A stretch of 20,736 nt of DNA from Pseudomonadota bacterium (GTDB lineage: Bacteria > Bdellovibrionota > Bdellovibrionia > Bdellovibrionales > SG-bin7), in assembly GCA_034439715.1 (NCBI GenBank), contig JAWXAY010000013.1, positions 1-20,736 on the forward strand, written 5' to 3'. The position numbers and the translations under genes were made by a program. Each line of letters begins with the position of its first letter. Position 1 is the stretch's first letter. The notes under the pieces were generated by a model, which was not told the DNA's origin, did not search any database, and saw only the letters and a program-made list of their open reading frames with translations. Of this stretch, positions 8,331-16,863 are shown in pieces.

Positions 8331-8867
8331 CTAACTCCGACTTAGTGTGAATGTTCGAGACAAGGGGGGGCCTGGAGGACTTTGAGTTACAATATTAATG
8401 TCCTCTTTGAAAAACTTCACAAGCCCTTCCGCAAGTCCTTGTGCCAAATCAGCAAAAGGGCGCGCCGAGCGATATTCAATTACGAGTTCCTTTTGGTCAT
8501 GTGTTTTAGTGATAAAAATCGGAAGTTCCGCGTCGGGATAGAGTTTTTTCACTTCGACATGTATGTGGTCATTAAGCGACTTTAGAAATTCAAACGAGTC
8601 TTTTACGTTAAAAAAAATGGGATACCCTTTAGCAAAAACAGGGATGAGACTGCGGCCGAACTCCTTTACTAAATCAGCAGCTGGAATTTTAGTCTTCTTA
8701 CTTAGACTAAGAACAAGCGTGATCAATTCATTGTGGTCGTAGGTTCCGACAGTAGTGTAGGCACCATTTGATTTGAGTTGGGATTCCTCAATTATTTCAT
8801 CGACGGTTTCGTCACCAAATTTTCTCTCAACCATACTTATAAATTCTTTAAAAACAAGACCCTTCAT
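8331..8867 (-). CDS. H-NOX (heme NO-binding) sensor protein
   Basis: MKGLVF N-terminus, YTTVGTYD, proximal His region [16 protein letters not shown], and YxSxR heme-binding motif (YRSAR). Confidence 0.93.
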   Translation of the reverse strand: MKGLVFKEFISMVERKFGDETVDEIIEESQLKSNGAYTTVGTYDHNELITLVLSLSKKTKIPAADLVKEFGRSLIPVFAKGYPIFFNVKDSFEFLKSLNDHIHVEVKKLYPDAELPIFITKTHDQKELVIEYRSARPFADLAQGLAEGLVKFFKEDINIVTQSPPGPPLSRTFTLSRS

Positions 8868-8990
8868 AAGGCCAACTTTCTGAGATGTGTTAGTGTCTAT
8901 ATTTTCACATAGAAATGTCGGCTTTCTAAGAGCTAAGCTAGGTAATCTGATATTTGACTAGGCTAGAAAAAAAAGACGGTCTGGTCGGGG

Positions 8991-10613
8991 TTAACCAAAG
9001 ATCCCTCGACAAGTCATGATCGGACTGGCCGGGACGACAGGAAGGGGTTTTCGCGAATTCTGGTAACCCATTTTTACCATCATCGTTTGAATATGATCTA
9101 AGTACTTATCTACATAGCTTTGTAAATGAAAACCATTTCGAATCGTCCGTTGAATCTGGCGCGCAGGGCCATCCAAGTTTCGATTGCTCTCTGCAACTCC
9201 AAAGGCACGAATTTCATTCAACGTCAAAGCAGTGACGATAGTACTTACATCTTTACTGTGCTGTTTTTGAATTTCCGTCAATTTGCTAAGATCTCGGCTT
9301 GTCATGCCTGACTCCAAGAGGTCTCTATTAACCAGCGAAATTTCCATATCTAGTTTTCGAAGTGAATCCGCATCAAGATCTAAATTAAGCAATTTGGTTA
9401 AATGTAAATGTTGATGTAAATCAAAATTGGCTTCTAGCTTGGCAAGTCGACTCACTCTCTCCTCGGCATCAAGTCTAGCATCTACTAGTATGGCTACCTT
9501 GTAAGGCGAAAGCAGGGCTTCGGCCTGAATGGATAAGCTATTCAATTTTGAATCCATTGTTTCCACGAGAATAGTTGTCATTTGCTCGTCATTAGGATTG
9601 ACAAACATCAAAGCTCGTCCGGTGTGGTGAACGCCACGCACGAGTTGATTGAAAGTTTTGACCACGCCGACCCACATGTCTATGCACATGTCCCAGTTAT
9701 TTCTTTGTTCCTCGGGAGTCATGCCCGCGAAGTTCATACCGTCTTTTTCAACAGTGGCGATATTGGGCCTCTCATTTCTTTTTGAATCTGCATTATCAGA
9801 GGATTTTGGCTTCAACTTATCATAGAAATTGTTTATAGCCTGCTCCCAACCCCCCAACCAGCGTGATTTTAAAACGTGAACATACTCGGTTGTGGGTTGA
9901 ATAAACCAACTTGTCGCTGCATTTAAAATGGCAGCAAGTGGGCCGGCTTGAAAGGCTCCATAGATCGCGCCTCCAACCACGCCTCCAACGACCGCGGCGG
10001 AAGAAGCACTAAGGGCGGGAAGATCAAAGTAATAAGCGGTGTAGGCTCCAACAGCGCCCAGGACAATTACTCCCGCAGTAGCCGAAGCTCCTCGCAAATG
10101 ACGACCGCTGAATAATCCTAAAGTGTTCTTGATAAAATTGGGATAACGCCCCAGATAAGCAACTTGTTCGGTGACGACCAAATTTTCAACGGTCCATTCG
10201 CCGATCGGTCTGGTGATTGTATTATTTCGCAGAGCTGACGTTAATTTTTTTTTGTTGATTTTATTAATGAAGGGAATCAGTTTTTTTTCTACAAAGCCTT
10301 TGTAAAGTTTAAAATTCTCGTCGGGTTCGTAATAGTTATGAAGGCGAATGGCATCGAGCATTAACGCTTGCGCGCCGATTTTCCAATCAAGGCTTTTGTC
10401 GCTGAAATTTTCGGGAAAATACTCAGCCACAGTTTTGGTATGCAGTTCTCTAACCCAAGCCGGTGCCGCTTTCATATCCCGCACCCTGTCAGCTGCTGTC
10501 GGAACTGTGGAAGCATCGAGGTCCTGTAGCTCCGGCGGGCCCTCGACACTTATTGCGCGAGCGGACCCCAAAATCAAAGCGAAATACAGGATACCTTTTA
10601 GGAATATGTACAT
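8991..10613 (-). CDS. Exported/membrane hypothetical protein with a central Gly/Ala-rich hydrophobic hairpin and helical C-terminal half
   Basis: Long ORF (540 aa from ATG 10613; ORF-track start 10631). Signal-like MYIFLKGILYFALILGSARA. Hydrophobic stretch ATAGVIVLGAVGAYTAY..AAVVGGVVGGAIYGAFQAGPLAAIL. No family recognised. Confidence 0.75.
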   Translation of the reverse strand: MYIFLKGILYFALILGSARAISVEGPPELQDLDASTVPTAADRVRDMKAAPAWVRELHTKTVAEYFPENFSDKSLDWKIGAQALMLDAIRLHNYYEPDENFKLYKGFVEKKLIPFINKINKKKLTSALRNNTITRPIGEWTVENLVVTEQVAYLGRYPNFIKNTLGLFSGRHLRGASATAGVIVLGAVGAYTAYYFDLPALSASSAAVVGGVVGGAIYGAFQAGPLAAILNAATSWFIQPTTEYVHVLKSRWLGGWEQAINNFYDKLKPKSSDNADSKRNERPNIATVEKDGMNFAGMTPEEQRNNWDMCIDMWVGVVKTFNQLVRGVHHTGRALMFVNPNDEQMTTILVETMDSKLNSLSIQAEALLSPYKVAILVDARLDAEERVSRLAKLEANFDLHQHLHLTKLLNLDLDADSLRKLDMEISLVNRDLLESGMTSRDLSKLTEIQKQHSKDVSTIVTALTLNEIRAFGVAESNRNLDGPARQIQRTIRNGFHLQSYVDKYLDHIQTMMVKMGYQNSRKPLPVVPASPIMTCRGIFG

Positions 10614-10801
10614 ATATAAAAAATACAGCAAACAGTATGCCGCTGAGATGAGCCCCTAAAACTCAGGTCCGAGCTAAACCATGTAAGTTTTATAGACAGC
10701 TGTCCCAATTTGCAGTTAAAGCCAGCCCGTTGAAGTATATGAGATTTGAAGAAGCCTTCTAACCTGAATCGGCTAGTACGAGAATTGCAATTAGCATAGA
10801 A

Positions 10802-13072
10802 ATGCAAAATCGTAGAACCGTTGTTTTTCTGATGTTAATTTTGTCTATATCTAACGATTTATTTGCCAGACAATCGCAAAAGTCCATGAACATTGAACTG
10901 TTAAAGGCGGAAGCTTTTGCCCGGTGCCAAACTCCGTTCGTACGACCCGTGACTTACGCGGTGCCGATTCTTGACCCGCCTAGTGGCGGTGGCCACGATG
11001 CGGTCGGCATGGTTTTTCAAGAGGAACTCGCCGTCAGAACTAAGAATTTTTTAGAAAAAGACGGTTTTTATTTTTCACCAAGACCACGAGCAGCCGTTAA
11101 CACCCTGCCCATGGAAATTTTCATCGATCAAAATAATACGGGTAGTTTTTCGCGAAAAACTTGGGAAGATGCTGATCCAGAATATTCATCGAGAACCATT
11201 AGGCCGCCTATCAATAAAAGCGAGATTCCCGCAGCCGGTCGCGTTTTAACAGAACTTATTATAGGACACAAATCCCCCATTGGCGATTTTCCGCAGCTCT
11301 TCGATATTCGCTCAAGTGCTTATGTTCGGTTTGCGGGTTATCCGCCCCAAATTACTGGCGCCTCTCTGCGCTTAGGTGCGCATGGACTTTTTGGCCTAAA
11401 TGGAAAGAATGAATTCGGAGTTCCCGAGGACTTTCCGATTGTCAGATCGGTCTATGCTAAGGTCATCGATCAAAAGACGGCCAACGCGTTAGTATTGGTC
11501 GATAGCGAACTGTTTTGTAGTGCTATGAATATAGATATGGTTGAAGGCGAGAACGCAGATATGATCGTCGATAGCTATTGGTATACCCGCAAAGACTTCA
11601 AATGGAAAAACGACCCACACACAGGATTTATCGCCTTTAGTAGTATGGCGTGGAAAAACGAGAAGGCTACACCGTGGACAAGCGGAGACGAAGCTCATGA
11701 CTCTGACATGATGACTGTTGTCTATAAAAATGGGCGTGTCGATAAATACTTGATCGAGCCACCGTCATCAAATCTGAGAATTCGCGACTTGACCAACCGA
11801 TCAGGAAAGAAACCAGAAAAAAGTCCCATCAGCGAATGGATTTTGGCCAATGAGGACCGTAATCCTTCACACTATTCAGAGTTCCGTCATGCTTTAGGCC
11901 ACACAAATTATAACCTTCGTGCCAGCTATAAGGTTACGATTTTAGAAAGCAGCGTTAAAACAGGAGTGAGTCTTTACGAGCAAGCCACAGACGGCGAATA
12001 CGCTGATAATATTGTGGCTGTTTCTACCATTCGTCAAAATATTCAAAAAGCAACAAGTGTCGGCGACTTCGTTCGCTTCAAGTATAAAACAACGTCGTTT
12101 TTTCCCGACAAAGTGAAATTGAATCAAGTCGACGATTGCGATCCCATTCGGACAGCGCTTTCGCAACTTCCGTCTGAAGGCGGAGAGGTTTCTATCTCGG
12201 CGGGTTTATATAACTGTGCGAATCCGATCGTAATCAATCGGAGCAACGTGACTCTTAGGGGTGCTGGAGAAGACAAAGTTACGATTCGCCTTAAGGATTA
12301 CAGCCATCGGCCTCTGCTCATTATAGGTGAGCCTGTGACGATCAGGGATTCCTATGGAAATTACGTGACGGCAAAAAGAGTTGAGAACATCGTTGTCTCT
12401 GGAATAACTTTTGACGGCAATCTAGCTCATCAAGACGTCACTAAAGAGTGTGGCGACTCCAACTGTGACGGCGATTCAGGGTCTATTCGAAACAATGGAA
12501 TCACCATTCGTGGTGCCAGTCGCGTCTTAGTAGAAAATGTCACAACTCATAGCATGATTTCAGGCGGTATGGTCACCGAAAAATTCTGTACTGGTCTCAT
12601 CGTGCGTAATTTTACATCTTACAAAAACTACTTTGATGGCTTTGCGGGATATGAAACCGAAAACAGCTTGTTTTATGATCTCTATTTACATAGCAATCGG
12701 GGTGCCGGAATTTCGATTGATATCAATTTTAACAACAACACCTTTCGCGATTCGACCTTGAAAGGTAATGGTGATGTGGGAGTTTTCGCTCGAGATCTTA
12801 AGGGAAATAAGTTTGTTCGTCTTGATATTCTAGACAGCGGAAACCACGGAGTGTTTTTGGCCCAGGCTGGGCATGCTAATTCTTGCGCTGTTGACAATAC
12901 CTTTGATTCTGTGCGAATAAATGGGTCCAAGCGTTCAGGTTTTCGTCTCAATGACAGGTGCCACGGTAATCGCATTACGGGTCAATCTAATCTCTGCCAT
13001 AACGCTGAAGGGGGCATCAGTGAATCAGTTAAAGGTACGCTTGTATTGGATGATCAAGTATCTTGTAGGTAG
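10802..13072 (+). CDS. Exported fusion: divergent OpgG/OpgD (MdoG, GH186)-like domain + right-handed parallel beta-helix (pectin-lyase-like fold)
   Basis: N-terminal signal. OpgG-like motifs appear in the expected order: SAYVR..GASLR, EDFP, LVDSE, FSSM, EAHDSD, EDRNPSHY, NYNLRAS, LYEQATDGEYADNIVA. From about 12130, beta-helix repeats: GGEVSISAG, NVTLRGAG, ITFDGN, NGITIRGASRVLVEN, NYFDG, NRGAGI, NGDVGV, GNHGV. Confidence 0.75.
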   Translation: MQNRRTVVFLMLILSISNDLFARQSQKSMNIELLKAEAFARCQTPFVRPVTYAVPILDPPSGGGHDAVGMVFQEELAVRTKNFLEKDGFYFSPRPRAAVNTLPMEIFIDQNNTGSFSRKTWEDADPEYSSRTIRPPINKSEIPAAGRVLTELIIGHKSPIGDFPQLFDIRSSAYVRFAGYPPQITGASLRLGAHGLFGLNGKNEFGVPEDFPIVRSVYAKVIDQKTANALVLVDSELFCSAMNIDMVEGENADMIVDSYWYTRKDFKWKNDPHTGFIAFSSMAWKNEKATPWTSGDEAHDSDMMTVVYKNGRVDKYLIEPPSSNLRIRDLTNRSGKKPEKSPISEWILANEDRNPSHYSEFRHALGHTNYNLRASYKVTILESSVKTGVSLYEQATDGEYADNIVAVSTIRQNIQKATSVGDFVRFKYKTTSFFPDKVKLNQVDDCDPIRTALSQLPSEGGEVSISAGLYNCANPIVINRSNVTLRGAGEDKVTIRLKDYSHRPLLIIGEPVTIRDSYGNYVTAKRVENIVVSGITFDGNLAHQDVTKECGDSNCDGDSGSIRNNGITIRGASRVLVENVTTHSMISGGMVTEKFCTGLIVRNFTSYKNYFDGFAGYETENSLFYDLYLHSNRGAGISIDINFNNNTFRDSTLKGNGDVGVFARDLKGNKFVRLDILDSGNHGVFLAQAGHANSCAVDNTFDSVRINGSKRSGFRLNDRCHGNRITGQSNLCHNAEGGISESVKGTLVLDDQVSCR

Positions 13073-16000
13073 GCCGTTAGTAATTTTGTTGCCGCTTGTC
13101 CTTGGCCTCAGCACCGTTGAGTGTTTTGCCGGAAATGTTGAGATTAAACAAAATCAGCTCTTTATAGACGGTCATTCTCAGCCCCAACTTTGGGGTGCAG
13201 AGATTCAGTATTTTCGCCTGCGCGGCGGGAATGGTCGCAATATTCCTCGGCAAAAAGTTATCGCACTTTGGGCGCGAGCGCTCGATGCCGCCGTCGCAGC
13301 CAAAATGAACACAGTAAGTTTTTATACTCCGTGGGACTTTCATGAATATGCTGCCGGCAAATTTGATTTTGACGGAACAGTTGACGAAGACGGGGATGGA
13401 AATGCGGACTATCCGTCGCGAGACGTAAAGACTTTCATTCAAATGATTCTTGAGCGCGGCATTCGCCATATCATGGCTCGGCCGGGACCATTCATTAACG
13501 CCGAGTGGGGCTTTCTGGGCTTTGGAGCCATACCACTTTGGTTTCACGAAAAATATCCCAATAGCCATGCTCGCAATTCTAAAGGCCAGCGAACGCCTCT
13601 TTACAATTACCACGATCCTGACTTTCTTAAGCACTCACAGATTTGGCTCGAGGCTGTGTACCGCCAAGTTCTCCAGCAACACATCGGGCCTGGTCGACCG
13701 ATCTCGTTCGTGCAAATCGACAACGAAACAAATTTTATGTGGCAGTCGATTTACTCTCACGATTATAGTCCTGTGGCCATCCGTCTTTACCGAGAGTTCC
13801 TCAAAGTTCAACACACCACAATAGAAAATCTCAACTCACGTCATGGTCGTCATTGGAGGTCGTGGGAAGAAATTCTCGCTCCTACAGCGGCGGGGCAAAA
13901 CATTAGCGAAGATCAGGACTGGTACCGTTTTCAAGACTATTCCATCTATTCCTACCTAAAAAAAATCCGAAAAATTTGGGAAAATTTGGGGTTGACCGAA
14001 CCCAGAGTCCTCTTCACGTTGGCAGAAAGCTATAATGCTACCGAGAATGGGTTATTGCCTAATTACAAGTTGCGAAATTCACGCGACACCGGAATGATGA
14101 CAGTTAATCTCTATCCAAAAACATATGAGACACCTGACCGAACGCTGATGAATTTGCCATTCAAAAGCGATCATGATGTCAAGGCCGCAGATACCGCTTC
14201 TGATTTTTACTTAGGAAGAAAAGAAGAATGGCTAATGGGACCTGAGATTCAGGGCGGCTGGTGGAAGGGAGTTCATGTCTCTGAAGAATCCCGTAGGCAG
14301 ACCTATCTCACAACTTTAGGGCATGGCCTCAAAGGCCTGTTCATTTATTATTTCCATGAAGGTGATAATTGGCAGCACGACTGGATGAAAAAATCAATTA
14401 GGCATTACTTCGATAATATTAAAAATAACGAGAGATATCGAAAAATACCTGAAGCAAATCTACCGGATTCTTTTTGGAACGAACTCAATGCCGTCGTTGC
14501 CAATCAGTTTATGGCCGTCGACACTCGAAATATTTGGCGAAACGGCGGTTCACACCCTGAAAAACTTTACTTCGATGCCCCTCTAGGTCCCGATGCTCTG
14601 CCGCGCGCACCCTACCGGCTCATAAGAGAACTGGGCGAAAAAATTATCGCGCCCCACGGATCTTTTTTGGCTCAGGCGCGGGCCCTCGAAGATCCCGTGT
14701 GTATCATCAAGGACGTGGCCGCACACGCACCCTCGCCAGTGCCTGGGATCAACTCTCGCATTGTACAGTCAGATTGGAATGCGGGCCTTCTCGGACTTCT
14801 TATGCACACGGGAGTGAACGCTAAAATTCATCATTGGGGCCTCAATTCCAAAACGGAATTGCTGAATCGCGCGAATTGCCAACTTGTTGTCTATCAAGAT
14901 ACTGGTTTCGCCACTGCTGAACTTGTTAATACCCTGTTGCAAGTACTAGATCAGGGCGGTTCGGTTTTGAGCTTTATTCACACCGGCCTCGCCAGCAGAA
15001 TTCAAGGTCAAAGGCCAAAATCCGCATGTACACGTATCAACCCCTCTCCCATGGACGTCGATGGCTATCGCTGTCAGATAGGTAAGGGCACTCTCTATCA
15101 CGCAAAAGTCTCGATCTATGACGTCTTCAATACCGATTTTTATCATCAAATTCACGATGCCAGAGAACGCAGCGCTTTTATAAATGGTATCTTAAATGAA
15201 ATGCAGATTGTTCCGCAAGTAAGAATCAATGGTGGCGGGGATCGAACCGTCGCGTTCGCACGCACAGATCCAGCAAAAAAAATAGTCTGGATCACTGTCA
15301 AAACATCCCGACGAGAGGGATTTAACGGGCGCATACAGTGGGCCGGAGCAGATACCTCGCGTTCCTATGAAGTATCAGATGTGTTAAGGCAAAAAACCAT
15401 TGAAATCACAGGCAACGACCTTGCTTTAAACGGCTTCCGTGCGGAGCTGGCTGACAGCGGCAGTACCGTCTTCTTTGTTAGTCCTATGCCAATACTGAAA
15501 CCCGAAACTCAATTTGAAAAATGGCTGACTTCACAAAGTCAAATTTCACGAGACCGCATGCTGCGAAACATTTCTCCGCCAAATACGGCCCCGGGAATTG
15601 TTATCGCCTCTCCTTCGCAGGAGGCACCCAATTATTTTTTTCATTGGACAAGGGACGCAAGCCTTGTCATCAATTCCGTTGTGCCGATTTTTGAAGTCTC
15701 TCGGCAGCCTGCGCGCAGTTTTTATTTAAAGACCATCAACGATTTTATTTCACTGTCGCGGCAACAACAGTTAGCATCTGGGCCTTCTGGCTTGGGTGAG
15801 CCACGCTATCTAGCTGATGGCAGTGTCGATACCACGGAGTGGGCTCGTCCACAAAATGACGGTTCGGCACTTCGAGTATTGACCCTGCTCAATTTTTTGA
15901 AAACCCATTCGAAATCGCAGACTAAAGTTCGTGCGCTCGAAGTTATTCGCACCGATCTTGAGTACGTGATTCAAACCTGGCGATTACCCTGCTTCGATTT

Positions 16001-16790
16001 ATGGGAAGAAGTTCGTGGACACCACTTCTATACTCAGTCGGTTCAGTATTCGGCATTGCATTTGGCTGCTAAGTATTTTAAAGGCGAAGGCGAAATTGTT
16101 TTTGCAAATCGTTTAGAACAAGAAGCACTTTTGAGTCAGATTGAGCTTGAAAAATATTGGGATGAAAAGAGAGCATACATAGGCGCCAGCCGAAACCTTG
16201 AGGGCCGCCCCAACTTTCCTAATTATAAAGATGAAAATCTTGATACCTCCGTTCTATTGGCCTCACTTCACGGCGCGACTGATGAGGGCATTCTTTCATT
16301 TACCGATAGTCGACTTCTGGCGACAGCAAATGCACTTGAACAGGTTTTTGCCAAAGAATATTCAGTTCAAGGTATTGGCCGCTTTACCGACGACGTTTAT
16401 TTTGGTGGCAACCCTTGGTATCTTACAACTGCAGCGTTTGCTGAATTCTACTACCGTGTGGCGAATTCTATAGTTACACAAGGTGGCATTATGGTCAGCA
16501 AGAACAATATCGCCTTTCTCCGTGCAGTTTTCCCAACACCAACTGCTGACAGTTTGAAGTATGGCAGAAAAGTTTCTATTTCCTCAGACATTGGCCGCTT
16601 ACTAATTACTAGATTATGTCAGAAAGGCGACGGCTTTCTCGCCATAGTTCGGAAGTACGTTGGGCCTCGTGGAGAAATGTCAGAGCAATTTGACCGTAAA
16701 AGCGGCATTCCAGTTTCAGCCTATGATTTAACTTGGAGCTACGCGAGCTTTTTATCGGCGACACATAAACGCAACACCACGTGTCGTTAA
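13050..16790 (+). CDS. Exported bifunctional glycoside hydrolase: GH35-like (clan A TIM barrel) domain fused to a C-terminal GH15 glucoamylase
   Basis: The start was reassigned to ATG 13050 (MIKYLVGRPLVILLPLVLGLSTVECFA-G signal peptide). GH35 motifs: GAEIQYFR, NTVSFYTPWDFHE..GKFDF, RPGPFINAEW, QIDNE (acid/base) and PEIQGGW (nucleophile). GH15 motifs from about 15510: ASPS..PNYFFHWTRDASL, LGEPRY, WARPQNDGSALR, DLWEE, GRFTDDVYFGGNPWYL, MSEQFDR and DLTWSYASF. Confidence 0.88.
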   Translation: MIKYLVGRPLVILLPLVLGLSTVECFAGNVEIKQNQLFIDGHSQPQLWGAEIQYFRLRGGNGRNIPRQKVIALWARALDAAVAAKMNTVSFYTPWDFHEYAAGKFDFDGTVDEDGDGNADYPSRDVKTFIQMILERGIRHIMARPGPFINAEWGFLGFGAIPLWFHEKYPNSHARNSKGQRTPLYNYHDPDFLKHSQIWLEAVYRQVLQQHIGPGRPISFVQIDNETNFMWQSIYSHDYSPVAIRLYREFLKVQHTTIENLNSRHGRHWRSWEEILAPTAAGQNISEDQDWYRFQDYSIYSYLKKIRKIWENLGLTEPRVLFTLAESYNATENGLLPNYKLRNSRDTGMMTVNLYPKTYETPDRTLMNLPFKSDHDVKAADTASDFYLGRKEEWLMGPEIQGGWWKGVHVSEESRRQTYLTTLGHGLKGLFIYYFHEGDNWQHDWMKKSIRHYFDNIKNNERYRKIPEANLPDSFWNELNAVVANQFMAVDTRNIWRNGGSHPEKLYFDAPLGPDALPRAPYRLIRELGEKIIAPHGSFLAQARALEDPVCIIKDVAAHAPSPVPGINSRIVQSDWNAGLLGLLMHTGVNAKIHHWGLNSKTELLNRANCQLVVYQDTGFATAELVNTLLQVLDQGGSVLSFIHTGLASRIQGQRPKSACTRINPSPMDVDGYRCQIGKGTLYHAKVSIYDVFNTDFYHQIHDARERSAFINGILNEMQIVPQVRINGGGDRTVAFARTDPAKKIVWITVKTSRREGFNGRIQWAGADTSRSYEVSDVLRQKTIEITGNDLALNGFRAELADSGSTVFFVSPMPILKPETQFEKWLTSQSQISRDRMLRNISPPNTAPGIVIASPSQEAPNYFFHWTRDASLVINSVVPIFEVSRQPARSFYLKTINDFISLSRQQQLASGPSGLGEPRYLADGSVDTTEWARPQNDGSALRVLTLLNFLKTHSKSQTKVRALEVIRTDLEYVIQTWRLPCFDLWEEVRGHHFYTQSVQYSALHLAAKYFKGEGEIVFANRLEQEALLSQIELEKYWDEKRAYIGASRNLEGRPNFPNYKDENLDTSVLLASLHGATDEGILSFTDSRLLATANALEQVFAKEYSVQGIGRFTDDVYFGGNPWYLTTAAFAEFYYRVANSIVTQGGIMVSKNNIAFLRAVFPTPTADSLKYGRKVSISSDIGRLLITRLCQKGDGFLAIVRKYVGPRGEMSEQFDRKSGIPVSAYDLTWSYASFLSATHKRNTTCR

Positions 16791-16863
16791 TCAAAATTTC
16801 CTAAAAAAAGTGAAAAAATGGACTTGAAGTTCAAACTCTGGCTTGTTCTCCTTGAGTAAAGGC

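Noticed and set aside
10774..10789. Sigma54-like TAGTACGAGAATTGCA before the glucanase operon
   Set aside because: The invariant -24 GG is AG and the transcript would be almost leaderless; not supportable without TSS data.
12921..13049. ORF-track start 12921 for the GH35-GH15 gene
   Set aside because: It would overlap the upstream gene by 152 bp and bury the signal peptide; ATG 13050 fits better.
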